DNA of 46,361 nucleotides from Vulcanimicrobiota bacterium (GTDB taxonomy: Bacteria > Vulcanimicrobiota > Vulcanimicrobiia > Vulcanimicrobiales > Vulcanimicrobiaceae): contig PLCF01000058.1 in assembly GCA_003135555.1 (NCBI GenBank), positions 27,433-73,793 of the forward strand. Reading direction: 5' to 3'. The notes under the pieces are model-generated. The model was not told the DNA's origin. It saw only the letters and a list, made by a program, of their open reading frames with translations, and searched no databases. The position numbers were made by a program, and so were the translations under genes. Below, piece by piece: positions 1-8,356 of the stretch (its first letter is position 1; each line of letters starts with the position of its first letter).

Positions 1-116
1 GCGCCGTTGGGGCCGAGCAAGCCGAAGACCGATCCGCTCGGAATGTCGATCGAGACGTCCTCGATCGCGGTGAAGGTCCCGTAGCGCTTGGTCAAGTGCT
101 CGATCGAGATGCTCAT
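1..116 (-). CDS. ABC transporter ATP-binding protein, N-terminal part (runs off window; YtrB-like)
   Basis: Manual translation MSISIEHLTKRYGTFTAIEDVSIDIPSGSVFGLLGPNGA reaches the start of Walker A. The ATG overlaps the TGA of the upstream GntR gene (ATGA). Confidence 0.9.
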   Translation of the reverse strand, partial: MSISIEHLTKRYGTFTAIEDVSIDIPSGSVFGLLGPNG

Positions 117-511
117 GTTTCCTCCGGAAACCACCGTGCCAGCGCTGCTTCGAACAGGGTTCTGACCTGCGGCGAGGTCAAGCCGACCGATTTGGCCTCG
201 CGCACCGCGAGCAATAACGCCTTGGCCGCGACGTCGCTCACGGCGGCGCGGGGGAAGGCCGTCGTGCCGTCGTCGCGCACGAACGAACCCCGCCCGACCG
301 CGGTCTCGATCACCTCGTCGCGCTCGAGCTCGCGGTACGCTCGCGCCACCGTGTTCGGATTGATCGTCAGGTCCAGGGCGAGCTGCTTCACGGTGGGCAG
401 CTGCTCGCCGGCGGCGAGCACCCCGAGGGCTACGGAGCGCTTGATCTGGTCGATGATCTGCAGGTAGAGCGGGACCCCGCTGCGGGGATCCACCGTAAAG
501 ACCGCCGGCAC
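113..511 (-). CDS. GntR family regulator, YtrA subfamily
   Basis: 132 aa. PLYLQII...GEQLPTVKQLALDLTINPNTVARAYRELE...GRGSFV winged HTH with a short C-domain, coupled to an ABC ATPase. Confidence 0.92.
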   Translation of the reverse strand: MPAVFTVDPRSGVPLYLQIIDQIKRSVALGVLAAGEQLPTVKQLALDLTINPNTVARAYRELERDEVIETAVGRGSFVRDDGTTAFPRAAVSDVAAKALLLAVREAKSVGLTSPQVRTLFEAALARWFPEET

Positions 512-522
512 CGCCAGCCTCC

Positions 523-573
523 GTATTGAGCTAGTACACTAGTACAATAGCATACTCGCTATGGCCCGTCCAG
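523..573 (-). promoter_or_regulatory. Sigma70-type promoter with overlapping putative YtrA operator
   Basis: Minus strand TGGACG-17 nt-TATTGT with TGn extension, running into TGTACTAGTGTACTAGCTCAATAC (tandem TGTACTAG, YtrA-like TGTAyTA half sites). Confidence 0.55.
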
Positions 574-606
574 ATCGGGGCCAGCGGTGCCGCGCGCCAC
601 CCTCGG

Positions 607-1608
607 CTATCCCCGGGCGGCGACGATCATGTCGTAGAGCTGCTTCCCGTTGGGCAGCACGTCCTCGAACTTCTTGTAGACGTCCTTGGTCGCGCGTTTC
701 CAATCACGCAGGTCGGGCTTGATCACCTCGATCCCGGCCTTGGACATGTTCGCGATGCCGGCTTTGTAGTCGGCCGCGTACACCTGGTGATTGTAGGGCG
801 TCGCGAGCTTGCCCGCGGCGGTGAACGCGTCTTTGGTCGCGGCGTCGAGACCGTCCCAGAATGTCTTGCCGGCGTACATCCCGGCCGGTAGATAGTGGAC
901 GTGCGTGAGGTGGTAGTACTTACAGAGCTCGGCGAATTTGTCCGTGAAGAACTGGTCGGGCGACGTGTCGGCGCCGTCGACGACCTTCTCTTTGAGCGCC
1001 AGGTACAGCTGCCCGTACGGCATCGGTGTCGGATTCGCGCCGAGCGCGCGGTACGCTTCGACGTATCCGGGCGACTGAATGATGCGCAGCTTCATCCCTT
1101 GCAGGTCGGCGAGGCTGCGTACGGGTTTCGAGGTGGTGAAGATGTTGCGTTCTTGAACGGAACCCCAGCCCAGCGAGATCAGACCCCCGTCTCTTGCGAT
1201 GATGTCGGCAAACGTCTGTCCGACCTTGCCCGCCATTACGCGATTGCCTTGTTCGATGCTATCGAACAGGAACGGCGAGGAGAAGACCTCGAGCGACTTC
1301 ACCGTCGCTTCGAGCGCGGGCTGCGAGGTGATCAGCATGTCTTGCGTGCCGGCCCGCACCGCCTGAATCATTTGGATCTCGCCGCCGAGCTGCGACTGGT
1401 TGTAGATCTGCAGCTCGTAGCGGCCGTTGGTGTTCTTGGCGACCGCCTCCGAGAAGCGCTCGCACCACTTTTGATACTCGCTGGTGGGTGCCAGGGTGTG
1501 GCCGATGCGCACCTTGGTGCTGTCGGCACGCGCCGCCGTCGGCAGGAGGGTCGCGGCCGCCGCGGCCGCTCCCGTCAGTCGGACCATGTCCCGGCGTGTC
1601 ATGACCAT
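607..1608 (-). CDS. dctP: TRAP transporter substrate-binding protein DctP, Tat signal
   Basis: Start at 1608 or 1602. TRRDMVRL twin-arginine signal, NQSQLGGE, DLQGMKLRI, ALGANPTPMPYGQLYLAL...VVDGAD motifs. Confidence 0.9.
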   Translation of the reverse strand: MVMTRRDMVRLTGAAAAAATLLPTAARADSTKVRIGHTLAPTSEYQKWCERFSEAVAKNTNGRYELQIYNQSQLGGEIQMIQAVRAGTQDMLITSQPALEATVKSLEVFSSPFLFDSIEQGNRVMAGKVGQTFADIIARDGGLISLGWGSVQERNIFTTSKPVRSLADLQGMKLRIIQSPGYVEAYRALGANPTPMPYGQLYLALKEKVVDGADTSPDQFFTDKFAELCKYYHLTHVHYLPAGMYAGKTFWDGLDAATKDAFTAAGKLATPYNHQVYAADYKAGIANMSKAGIEVIKPDLRDWKRATKDVYKKFEDVLPNGKQLYDMIVAARG

Positions 1609-1632
1609 GCCTGGAGTCCCCCAATCCTGAAA

Positions 1633-1645
1633 ACATCGGATGTCT
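1633..1645. promoter_or_regulatory. Putative GntR/FadR operator 1
   Basis: Palindrome ACATC-G-GATGT between divergent dctP and gntR. Confidence 0.65.
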
Positions 1646-1727
1646 CCGCGCCAAATGGCCGGAGAGGGTCGTGGCGAAACTATAGTCCATGGCAACGGAG
1701 GAGTCAATGGCGTTCCCCTCCAAGGCG

Positions 1728-1740
1728 AGACATCCGATGA
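1728..1740. promoter_or_regulatory. Putative GntR/FadR operator 2
   Basis: AGACATCCGATG is the exact reverse complement of 1634-1645 and overlaps the ATG at 1737. Confidence 0.6.
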
Positions 1741-2501
1741 ATGCGGCGAAACGCCTCGGGGAGCTGCCTGCCCGGAAGAGCCCCGTTCCGGAGCGGCTCA
1801 CCGACGTAGCCATCGCGCGGGTCAAAGAGATGATCACCAGCGGCAAGCTCGTTCCGGGTCAACGGCTGCCGCGCGAACAAGACTTGGCGCGCGAGTTGGG
1901 GCTGTCGAGAAACTCGCTGCGCGAAGCCGTCCGCGCGTTGACCCTGATCAAGGTCCTCGAGGTGCGTCAGGGCGACGGCACCTACGTCACCAGCCTCGAA
2001 CCGCGTCTGCTCTTCGATGCCGTCGCATTCGTGACGCACCTCTTGCGCGATCATCAGATGCTCGAGGTGTGGGAAGTCCGGCGGCTGCTGGAACCGGCGG
2101 CGACGGCGCTGGCGGCGGCGCGCATGACCGCCGCGGACCACCGCGAGCTGGCCGACCGCATCGAACGCTTTCGGATTGCAACGACGGCCGACGACGTCAT
2201 GTCGGCGGACGTCGAGTTTCACCGGTTCATCTACCACTGCGCAGGCAACTCGATGCTGGAGTCGGTGCTCGAGACGCTGTCGCTGCAAACGTTGCAGGTC
2301 CGGGCTTGGCGCAAGGCCACCGACGAGCGCCATCGCCAAGCAGCGCTCGCGGAACACACCCAAATCTACCGCGCGATCCTGGCGCGCGATCCAGAGCTGG
2401 CGCGCGCGGCCTCGGCGATGCACGTCGCCGAAGGAGAGTCGTGGCTGCGCGATTCGGCAGCGCCGTTGCCGGCGGTCGACGGCGGCACGTTGATGTCGTG
2501 A
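1737..2501 (+). CDS. GntR family regulator, FadR subfamily (FCD domain)
   Basis: PGQRLPREQDLARELGLSRNSLREAV...RQGDGTYV HTH; DVEFHRFI...GNSML...EHTQIYRAI FCD domain. Alternative starts at 1689 and 1707. Confidence 0.9.
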   Translation: MNAAKRLGELPARKSPVPERLTDVAIARVKEMITSGKLVPGQRLPREQDLARELGLSRNSLREAVRALTLIKVLEVRQGDGTYVTSLEPRLLFDAVAFVTHLLRDHQMLEVWEVRRLLEPAATALAAARMTAADHRELADRIERFRIATTADDVMSADVEFHRFIYHCAGNSMLESVLETLSLQTLQVRAWRKATDERHRQAALAEHTQIYRAILARDPELARAASAMHVAEGESWLRDSAAPLPAVDGGTLMS

Positions 2502-2962
2502 GGCTCGACGGCGCGATCACGGCGGTGAATCGGCTCGCGCTCGCGGTGGCCAGCGTGTTCCTGGTCCTCATCTTCGTCGTGGCGGCGTTGGGCGTGGTCT
2601 TCCGCTACGTCATCCAACACTCGCTACCGTGGTCCGACGAGACCGCGGCCTACCTGTTCATCTGGCTGGTGTTTCTGGGCGCGGCCTCGGAGATTCGCAA
2701 TAACGGCCATCCCGCCGTCCACTTTGTCGTCGACCGTCTGCCGCCGGGGGCGCGGCGATTCGCCGGCGCGGTGGCGAACTTGGCGATCGCGATCTGGGGC
2801 GGCGTGTTGCTGGTCTATGGGATCAAGGCGGTCATCCTCGAGGCGCCCGAGAGCTGGTCATCCGTGCCGGCGATCTCGCTGCAAATTCCGTATGCAGCGA
2901 TCCCGCTGGGAGGCGCGCTCATCATCGTCTTCGCGCTGGGCAGGGCGGTGACGCGCCGGTGA
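2498..2962 (+). CDS. dctQ: TRAP transporter small permease DctQ
   Basis: GTG overlaps the gntR stop; 154 aa with 4 TM; VVFRYV...WSDETAAYLFIWLVFLGA...H motif. Confidence 0.9.
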   Translation: MRLDGAITAVNRLALAVASVFLVLIFVVAALGVVFRYVIQHSLPWSDETAAYLFIWLVFLGAASEIRNNGHPAVHFVVDRLPPGARRFAGAVANLAIAIWGGVLLVYGIKAVILEAPESWSSVPAISLQIPYAAIPLGGALIIVFALGRAVTRR

Positions 2963-4242
2963 GCTGGCTGATCTGGCTGCCGATCATCGTCGCGATCGTG
3001 TTGCTCTTGCTCGGCGTGCCGGTGTCGGTGGCGCTGGGCGTCGGCGCGGCGCTCGCGCTGTGGCAATCGCATACCTCGCTGGTGCTGGTCCCGCAGCAGC
3101 TCTTCAACGGGCTCAACTCGACGGTGTTGCTGGCGATCCCGTTCTACATGTACACCGGCGCCGTCATGGAGCGCAGCGGGCTCGCCGACCGTCTGATCGA
3201 TCTCGCCAAGGCCCTCGTCGGCTCGTTCCGCGGCGGTTTGGGGATGGTCGACGTCGTCGCCAGCATGTTCTTCGCCGACATCTCCGGTTCCGCGACCGCC
3301 GACACGGCGGCGATCGGATCGGTGATGATGCCGGGCCTGCGAAGAGCCGGTTACAGCGGCCCGTACTCGGCCGCGCTGCAATCGGCATCCGGTTCGCTGG
3401 GCTTGCTTTTCCCGCCGTCGATCAGTCAGATCGTCTACGCCTACGTCGCGCAGATCTCGCCGGCCAAGCTCTTCGCGGCGTCGCTGATCCCCGGATTGAT
3501 GGTCGCGTTCTCGTTCATGGTCGTGAACTATCTCTCGGCCCTGCGGTTCAACTACCCGCGCGGCGACCCGTTCTCGTTCGCGCGGCTCGGGCTGGCGCTG
3601 CGCCATTCCTTTTGGGCGCTGCTCGCGCCGCTGTTGATTCTGGGCGGCATCTTCTCGGGGATCGTCACGCCGACCGAGGCGGGCGTCGTGGCCGGCGCCT
3701 ACGTCACGCTGGTCGGCTTCGTCGTCTACCGGGGGTTGACGCTGCGGGCCATGCCGGGGATCCTGATCAAAACGATTCAGAATACGGCGCGAGTGATGTT
3801 TCTCTTGGGATCGGCGCTGATCTTGGGCCAGTATCTCATTCGCGAACAAGTCCCGCAGCTGCTCGCCGCGCACCTCGCCGGCGTAGCGCACAACCCGCTC
3901 TTGCTGCTGTTGCTCGTAAACCTGATCCTGTTGGCAGCGCATACCGTGCTCGAGACGATCGCCAGCATCATCGTGATCGTACCGGTGCTGTTGCCGCTGT
4001 TCGGCGTGGCCGGGATCGACCTGGTGTATTTCGGCATCATCTTGCTGGTCAACTCGGCGATCGGCATCAACTTCCCGCCGGTCGGCTTCTGCCTCTACAT
4101 CGGCGCGAGCATCGCCGAAGTGCCTTTGGAAGCCGCGGCGCGCGCGATACTGCCCTTCATCGCGATGCTGGTCATCGATCTCATCCTGGTGACGCTGCTC
4201 CCGCGGCTCTCGCTGTGGCTGCCGTCGATCATCCATCAATAG
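2959..4242 (+). CDS. dctM: TRAP transporter large permease DctM
   Basis: 427 aa hydrophobic; LLAIPF, ISGSATADTAAIG, PPSI, TPTEAG, PPVGFCLY motifs. Confidence 0.93.
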   Translation: MSWLIWLPIIVAIVLLLLGVPVSVALGVGAALALWQSHTSLVLVPQQLFNGLNSTVLLAIPFYMYTGAVMERSGLADRLIDLAKALVGSFRGGLGMVDVVASMFFADISGSATADTAAIGSVMMPGLRRAGYSGPYSAALQSASGSLGLLFPPSISQIVYAYVAQISPAKLFAASLIPGLMVAFSFMVVNYLSALRFNYPRGDPFSFARLGLALRHSFWALLAPLLILGGIFSGIVTPTEAGVVAGAYVTLVGFVVYRGLTLRAMPGILIKTIQNTARVMFLLGSALILGQYLIREQVPQLLAAHLAGVAHNPLLLLLLVNLILLAAHTVLETIASIIVIVPVLLPLFGVAGIDLVYFGIILLVNSAIGINFPPVGFCLYIGASIAEVPLEAAARAILPFIAMLVIDLILVTLLPRLSLWLPSIIHQ

Positions 4243-4388
4243 GCCGGCAACCGTAGCGAGATAGGGGCCGGTTCGGCCGCCGGTCCCCGGCACGCGCAAA
4301 ATCGGGGTAAAATGGGCCGGGCGTCGTATCGGTCGGGGGTGAGTGCGACCGCGACACGAGCAGCCGGTACGGGCAGGACCCGGGCCAA

Positions 4389-4820
4389 GTGAGAGCACCG
4401 GCGCTCCACCCCGTCGGTCTGTACGAGGTTTTCGATCTCGAACGGATCGTCGACTACGCCGGCACGCTCTACGTGGGCGAGCTGGCGCAGCGAGGGACCG
4501 GCGGATTCGATCGCGTGTGCTTCATCGCGGGGGTGCCGGAAGGCGCATCGCGGGGCGGCCACGCGCACAAAGACCAGGCGGAATATATCGTCTGCGTTCA
4601 GGGCAGCGTCGAGGTGCGCCTCGAAGCGCGCGGTGACGTCGCGCTCGTCGCACTGACCCGCCCGGGACGCACGCTCTACGTCCCGCCGGGCTACTGGCGC
4701 GACCTGTTCAACTTCTCGTCCGACGCCGTGCTGGCGGTGCTCGCGGCGCATCCGTTCGACGAGAACGATTACATCCGCGACCGCAGAGCGTTCTCGCGCT
4801 GGGAGGCTGCCGCGCGGTGA
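4389..4820 (+). CDS. FdtA/QdtA-family cupin, dTDP-4-keto-6-deoxyhexose 3,4-ketoisomerase
   Basis: RGGHAH catalytic motif, LYVPPGYWR, AVLAVLA..FDENDYIRD. Confidence 0.85.
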   Translation: MRAPALHPVGLYEVFDLERIVDYAGTLYVGELAQRGTGGFDRVCFIAGVPEGASRGGHAHKDQAEYIVCVQGSVEVRLEARGDVALVALTRPGRTLYVPPGYWRDLFNFSSDAVLAVLAAHPFDENDYIRDRRAFSRWEAAAR

Positions 4821-5965
4821 TCCCGGTCCGCTACGTCAACTTCCAACGCTTCAGCGCACGTTACGGCGACGAGCTCCATGCAGTGTTCGCGCGTTTTCTC
4901 GAATCCGGCACCTACAGCGGTGGCCCGGAGGTCGGCGAGTTCGAGCACGCCTTTGCGCAGTATTGCGGAACGCGGTTTGCCGTCGGGGTCGCCAACGGAC
5001 TCGAAGCGCTCGAGCTGACGCTGCGCGCCTGGCGCGTGGGCCCCGGCGATGAGGTGATCGTCCCGGCCAATACGGCGGTGCAGACGGCACTCGCCGTCGT
5101 GCATACCGGCGCGCGGGTGGTGCTCGCCGACGTCGAGCCCGATACCGGTCTCCTCGATCTTGCGGCCGTCGAGGCCGCGCTCACGCCGGCGACGCGCGCG
5201 ATCGTGCCGGTGCATCTCTACGGACATCCGGTCGACATGGAGCCGCTGCGTGCCGTGGCGACCCGCGCGCGAGTGCGGGTGCTTGAAGATGCTGCTCACG
5301 CGCACGGAGCGCGATATCGCGGCCGCCGGTGCGGCGGTTTGGCCGACGCCGCGGCGTTCAGCTTCTATCCGACCAAGAATTTGGGCGCGTTCGGCGATGC
5401 CGGTTGCGTGACCACCGACGATGCCGCGCTGGCCGACGAGTTGCGCCTGCTGCGCGCGTGCGGACTGACCGCCGGTTACCGGCACGAGCGGCTGGGCTAC
5501 ACCAGCCGGCTCGATCCGTTGCAAGCGGCGCTGCTGCGCTGGAAGCTCGCCCATCTCGACGCGTGGAACGACCGCCGCCGCGAGCTTGCGGCGACCTATC
5601 GGGCCGAGCTCGCCGGAACCCCCGGGTTGATCGTGCCGGCCGTCCGGCCGTGGGCGGAGCCCGTTTGGTATGCGTTCCCGGCGCGCGTGCAGCACGGGCT
5701 GCGCGACGACCTGGCGCGGGCGCTGCTCGAAGACGGCATCGAGACCAACGTGCACTATCGGCTGCCGGTCCATCTGCAGCCGTGCTTCGCCGGCCAGCCG
5801 TGGCATCGCGGTGACTTTCCGGTCAGCGAGCTGCGTGCGGAATCGCTGCTGAGCCTCCCGCTCGATCCGTTCCACACCGCCGACGAGATCGGCCGCACGA
5901 TCGCGGCGGTGCGCCGCACGATGGACCGGCTGTGCGCAGGCTCGCAGGCGGTCAGTCTGACGTGA
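4817..5965 (+). CDS. DegT/DnrJ/EryC1/StrS aminotransferase (FdtB-like)
   Basis: VANGLEAL, PVHLYGHP, EDAAHAHG, and SFYPTKNLGAFGDAG carrying the PLP lysine. Confidence 0.93.
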   Translation: MIPVRYVNFQRFSARYGDELHAVFARFLESGTYSGGPEVGEFEHAFAQYCGTRFAVGVANGLEALELTLRAWRVGPGDEVIVPANTAVQTALAVVHTGARVVLADVEPDTGLLDLAAVEAALTPATRAIVPVHLYGHPVDMEPLRAVATRARVRVLEDAAHAHGARYRGRRCGGLADAAAFSFYPTKNLGAFGDAGCVTTDDAALADELRLLRACGLTAGYRHERLGYTSRLDPLQAALLRWKLAHLDAWNDRRRELAATYRAELAGTPGLIVPAVRPWAEPVWYAFPARVQHGLRDDLARALLEDGIETNVHYRLPVHLQPCFAGQPWHRGDFPVSELRAESLLSLPLDPFHTADEIGRTIAAVRRTMDRLCAGSQAVSLT

Positions 5966-6597
5966 CGAGCATCGTCCTGTTCGGCGTGGGCTCGTCGATC
6001 GTCGTCGAGTACGAGGAAAGCTGCCGACGATTGGGCTACCCCGTCGCGGCGGTGAAGAACCGGCCGGGGCCGGGGTATTTCGGCGACCTCGAGCGGCTCG
6101 TCGACGTCGGGGCGATTCCGCCGGCGGTCCTGAGCGCGCCCTGCCTGTGCCCGATGTTCACGCCGCGGCATCGCTTCACCGCGCACGAAGAAGCGCTCGC
6201 GGCGGGCTTTGGCTTCGCCGGCGCCCTGCTCGATCCGACGGCGATCGTGGCGAGCTCGTCGACCTTCGGCGCCGGCAGCTTTGTCAATGCCGGCTGCGTC
6301 GTGGGCGCAAAGACGATCGTGGCGGAGCACGTCGTGATCAATCGCGGCGCCGCGATCGGGCACCATGTCGAGATCGCGGCGTTCGCCTCGGTCGGGCCGG
6401 GCGTCGTGGTCGGCGGACACGTCACGATCGCGACGGGTGTGCTGATCGGGGCCGGCGCAGTGCTGCTTCCCAACGTTCACGTCGGCGCGCGCGCCGTCGT
6501 CGGCGCCGGTTCGGTCGTCGTCGCCGACGTGCCGGCCGGCGCGACGGTGCTCGGCAACCCGGCTCGGATCGTCGAGCCCGCGGTCGGACGCGTCTGA
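5962..6597 (+). CDS. NeuD/PglD-like sugar acetyltransferase (hexapeptide repeat)
   Basis: GTG coupled to the upstream stop; hexapeptide repeats, INRGAAIGHH, VGAGSVVVADVP...GNPAR. Confidence 0.85.
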   Translation: MTSIVLFGVGSSIVVEYEESCRRLGYPVAAVKNRPGPGYFGDLERLVDVGAIPPAVLSAPCLCPMFTPRHRFTAHEEALAAGFGFAGALLDPTAIVASSSTFGAGSFVNAGCVVGAKTIVAEHVVINRGAAIGHHVEIAAFASVGPGVVVGGHVTIATGVLIGAGAVLLPNVHVGARAVVGAGSVVVADVPAGATVLGNPARIVEPAVGRV

Positions 6598-6599
6598 AC

Positions 6600-7619
6600 G
6601 TGTCGTTGCCGCTGCCCATCGTCTCGGTCGTCATCAAGGCGTACAACCACGAAGCCTTCGTCGGGCAAGCGATCCGCAGCGTGCTCCGGCAGTCGATGCA
6701 ACACTTCGAGATCGTGGTGGTCGACGACGGTTCTACCGACGCAACCCCGCAGATCATCGCAGGCTTCGCCGACCGCCGTATTCGCTACGAGCGCTTCGGG
6801 CGCAATCGCGGAGTGGTCGCGGCGATGAACGCGGTGGTGCGGCGCGCCCGCGGCGAGTTCGTCGCAATCCTCAATTCGGATGATTTTGCCCTGCCGTTGC
6901 GGTTGGAAAAGCAAGTCCGGTTCCTAGGCGACCACCCGAACGTCGCCGCGGTCTTCAGCGTCCCGCTGCAGGTCGGTGACTTGGGAGAAACGGTCGCCGG
7001 GCACGGAACGCTGTTCGCGATTCCGTTCGCGCACGCCAACCCGACGCGCGCGCAGTGGCTGCGCCATTTCTTCTTGCACGGAAATTGTCTGTGTGCGCCG
7101 TCCGCGATGATCCGACGGACGATTCTCATCGAGCTGGGTCCGGACAACCGACGCCTGACGTTGCTGCACGACCTCGAGCGCTGGATCCGGCTGTTGGAGC
7201 GGCACGAGATCCACGTGATGGCCGAGCCGCTCACGGCCTTTCGGGTGCGGGCGAACCGTCAGAACGCGAGCGCGCCGCGTGACGAGACGCGCCTGCGCGA
7301 TACCTTCGAGGCGTTCGAGATCTTCAAACGCTACCGCGACTACGCGCCGGAGTTCTTGCGCGAGATCTTCGCCGAAGACATCGCGACTCACGGAATCGAC
7401 GCCAGCCGTCCGAACGGCGTGCTCTTGGCCGAGGTCGCGCTGCGCGGATCGATGGGCTGGCATCCGGCGTTCGCGCTCGACAGCCTGTTCGCCGCGGCCT
7501 GCGACGAGGCCGACTACCGGCGGCTGCGCGAGCTCGCGGGCAGCGTCAACGCGTTTCGGATCCCCCTTTTCGGCGCAGCGGTCGCCCGGATCGCGGAAAC
7601 GCCGGAGGTCGTTTCGTAG
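6600..7619 (+). CDS. Glycosyltransferase family 2
   Basis: VSVVIKAYNHE, VVVDDGSTD, RGEFVAILNSDD, D..RWIRL. Likely GTG start at 6600. Confidence 0.9.
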   Translation: MSLPLPIVSVVIKAYNHEAFVGQAIRSVLRQSMQHFEIVVVDDGSTDATPQIIAGFADRRIRYERFGRNRGVVAAMNAVVRRARGEFVAILNSDDFALPLRLEKQVRFLGDHPNVAAVFSVPLQVGDLGETVAGHGTLFAIPFAHANPTRAQWLRHFFLHGNCLCAPSAMIRRTILIELGPDNRRLTLLHDLERWIRLLERHEIHVMAEPLTAFRVRANRQNASAPRDETRLRDTFEAFEIFKRYRDYAPEFLREIFAEDIATHGIDASRPNGVLLAEVALRGSMGWHPAFALDSLFAAACDEADYRRLRELAGSVNAFRIPLFGAAVARIAETPEVVS

Positions 7620-7749
7620 CGCGTTGACCCGGCTCGTCCAGGACCGATTGCAGCGCCGAGACGATCGTCTTGCTTCGTTTCCGCCATTAGCGTCGGCTGG
7701 CCGGCGCAGTCGGGCTTGCTGGCGCGCAGCAACGGTCAGAGCTATAAGG

Positions 7750-8223
7750 TCAACACCGTCTACCGCGCCTTAGCATCGGCGCTGGTCGTGGTCCCGACGC
7801 CGGTCGCAACGCCAGCCGCACTCGCAAAACGAGCAGCGCGTCGTTGAGCGCGCTCTGCTGCGCGCCGGCGACCGGCTTGAAGAGGATTCGAGCGAAGCCG
7901 ACCGCGCCGGGATCGTTCGGGCTTGGCGTCCAGGAGTGCACGCCGACGGCGCCGCTGTGCACGTAGTAGAGAATCGTGTTGGCCGCGCAGCCGGGATAGT
8001 CGTGCTTGCCGCTAGTGGTGGTGACGTGAACGGGCGGGACGGTCTGCGGCAGGACGTCGTGATTGCTCGAGAAGGACGGCGCGCTGCCAAGGCCCTGCAC
8101 GTAGTAGGAGAAGACGAGCGGAGCGTGCGGGAAGTTCTGCGCCATGAGCGGCGCGACGCGCTCGTAATGGGTGAGAATCGCGCGCTGCTGCGGTGCAGTG
8201 GCGCGAGAAGATGCGTGGTTCAC
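7750..8223 (-). pseudogene. Truncated, divergent LigD polymerase-domain (AEP)-like ORF
   Basis: HYERVAPLMAQNFPHAPLV..., ILYYVHSGAVGVHSWTP..NDP..., ALLVLRVRL follow the N-half of LigD PolDom by recall. The catalytic DxD is absent and the ORF ends at 157 aa. Confidence 0.55.
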
Positions 8224-8356
8224 CCGAAACCGTCCCTCATGGAAATCGTGGCTGATGGCAAAGGGTAGCTAGGGAGGGGTTGGTTCCTGCCGAAGCACGC
8301 ACCCGGTCACGGCGGCATGCCAGACAGATGGCACACGCCTCACTTACGGTGATCGG

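Noticed and set aside
7623..7754. GTTGACC...GGTCAAC inverted repeat as MITE ends
   Set aside because: Only 7 bp, no target-site duplication and no second copy.
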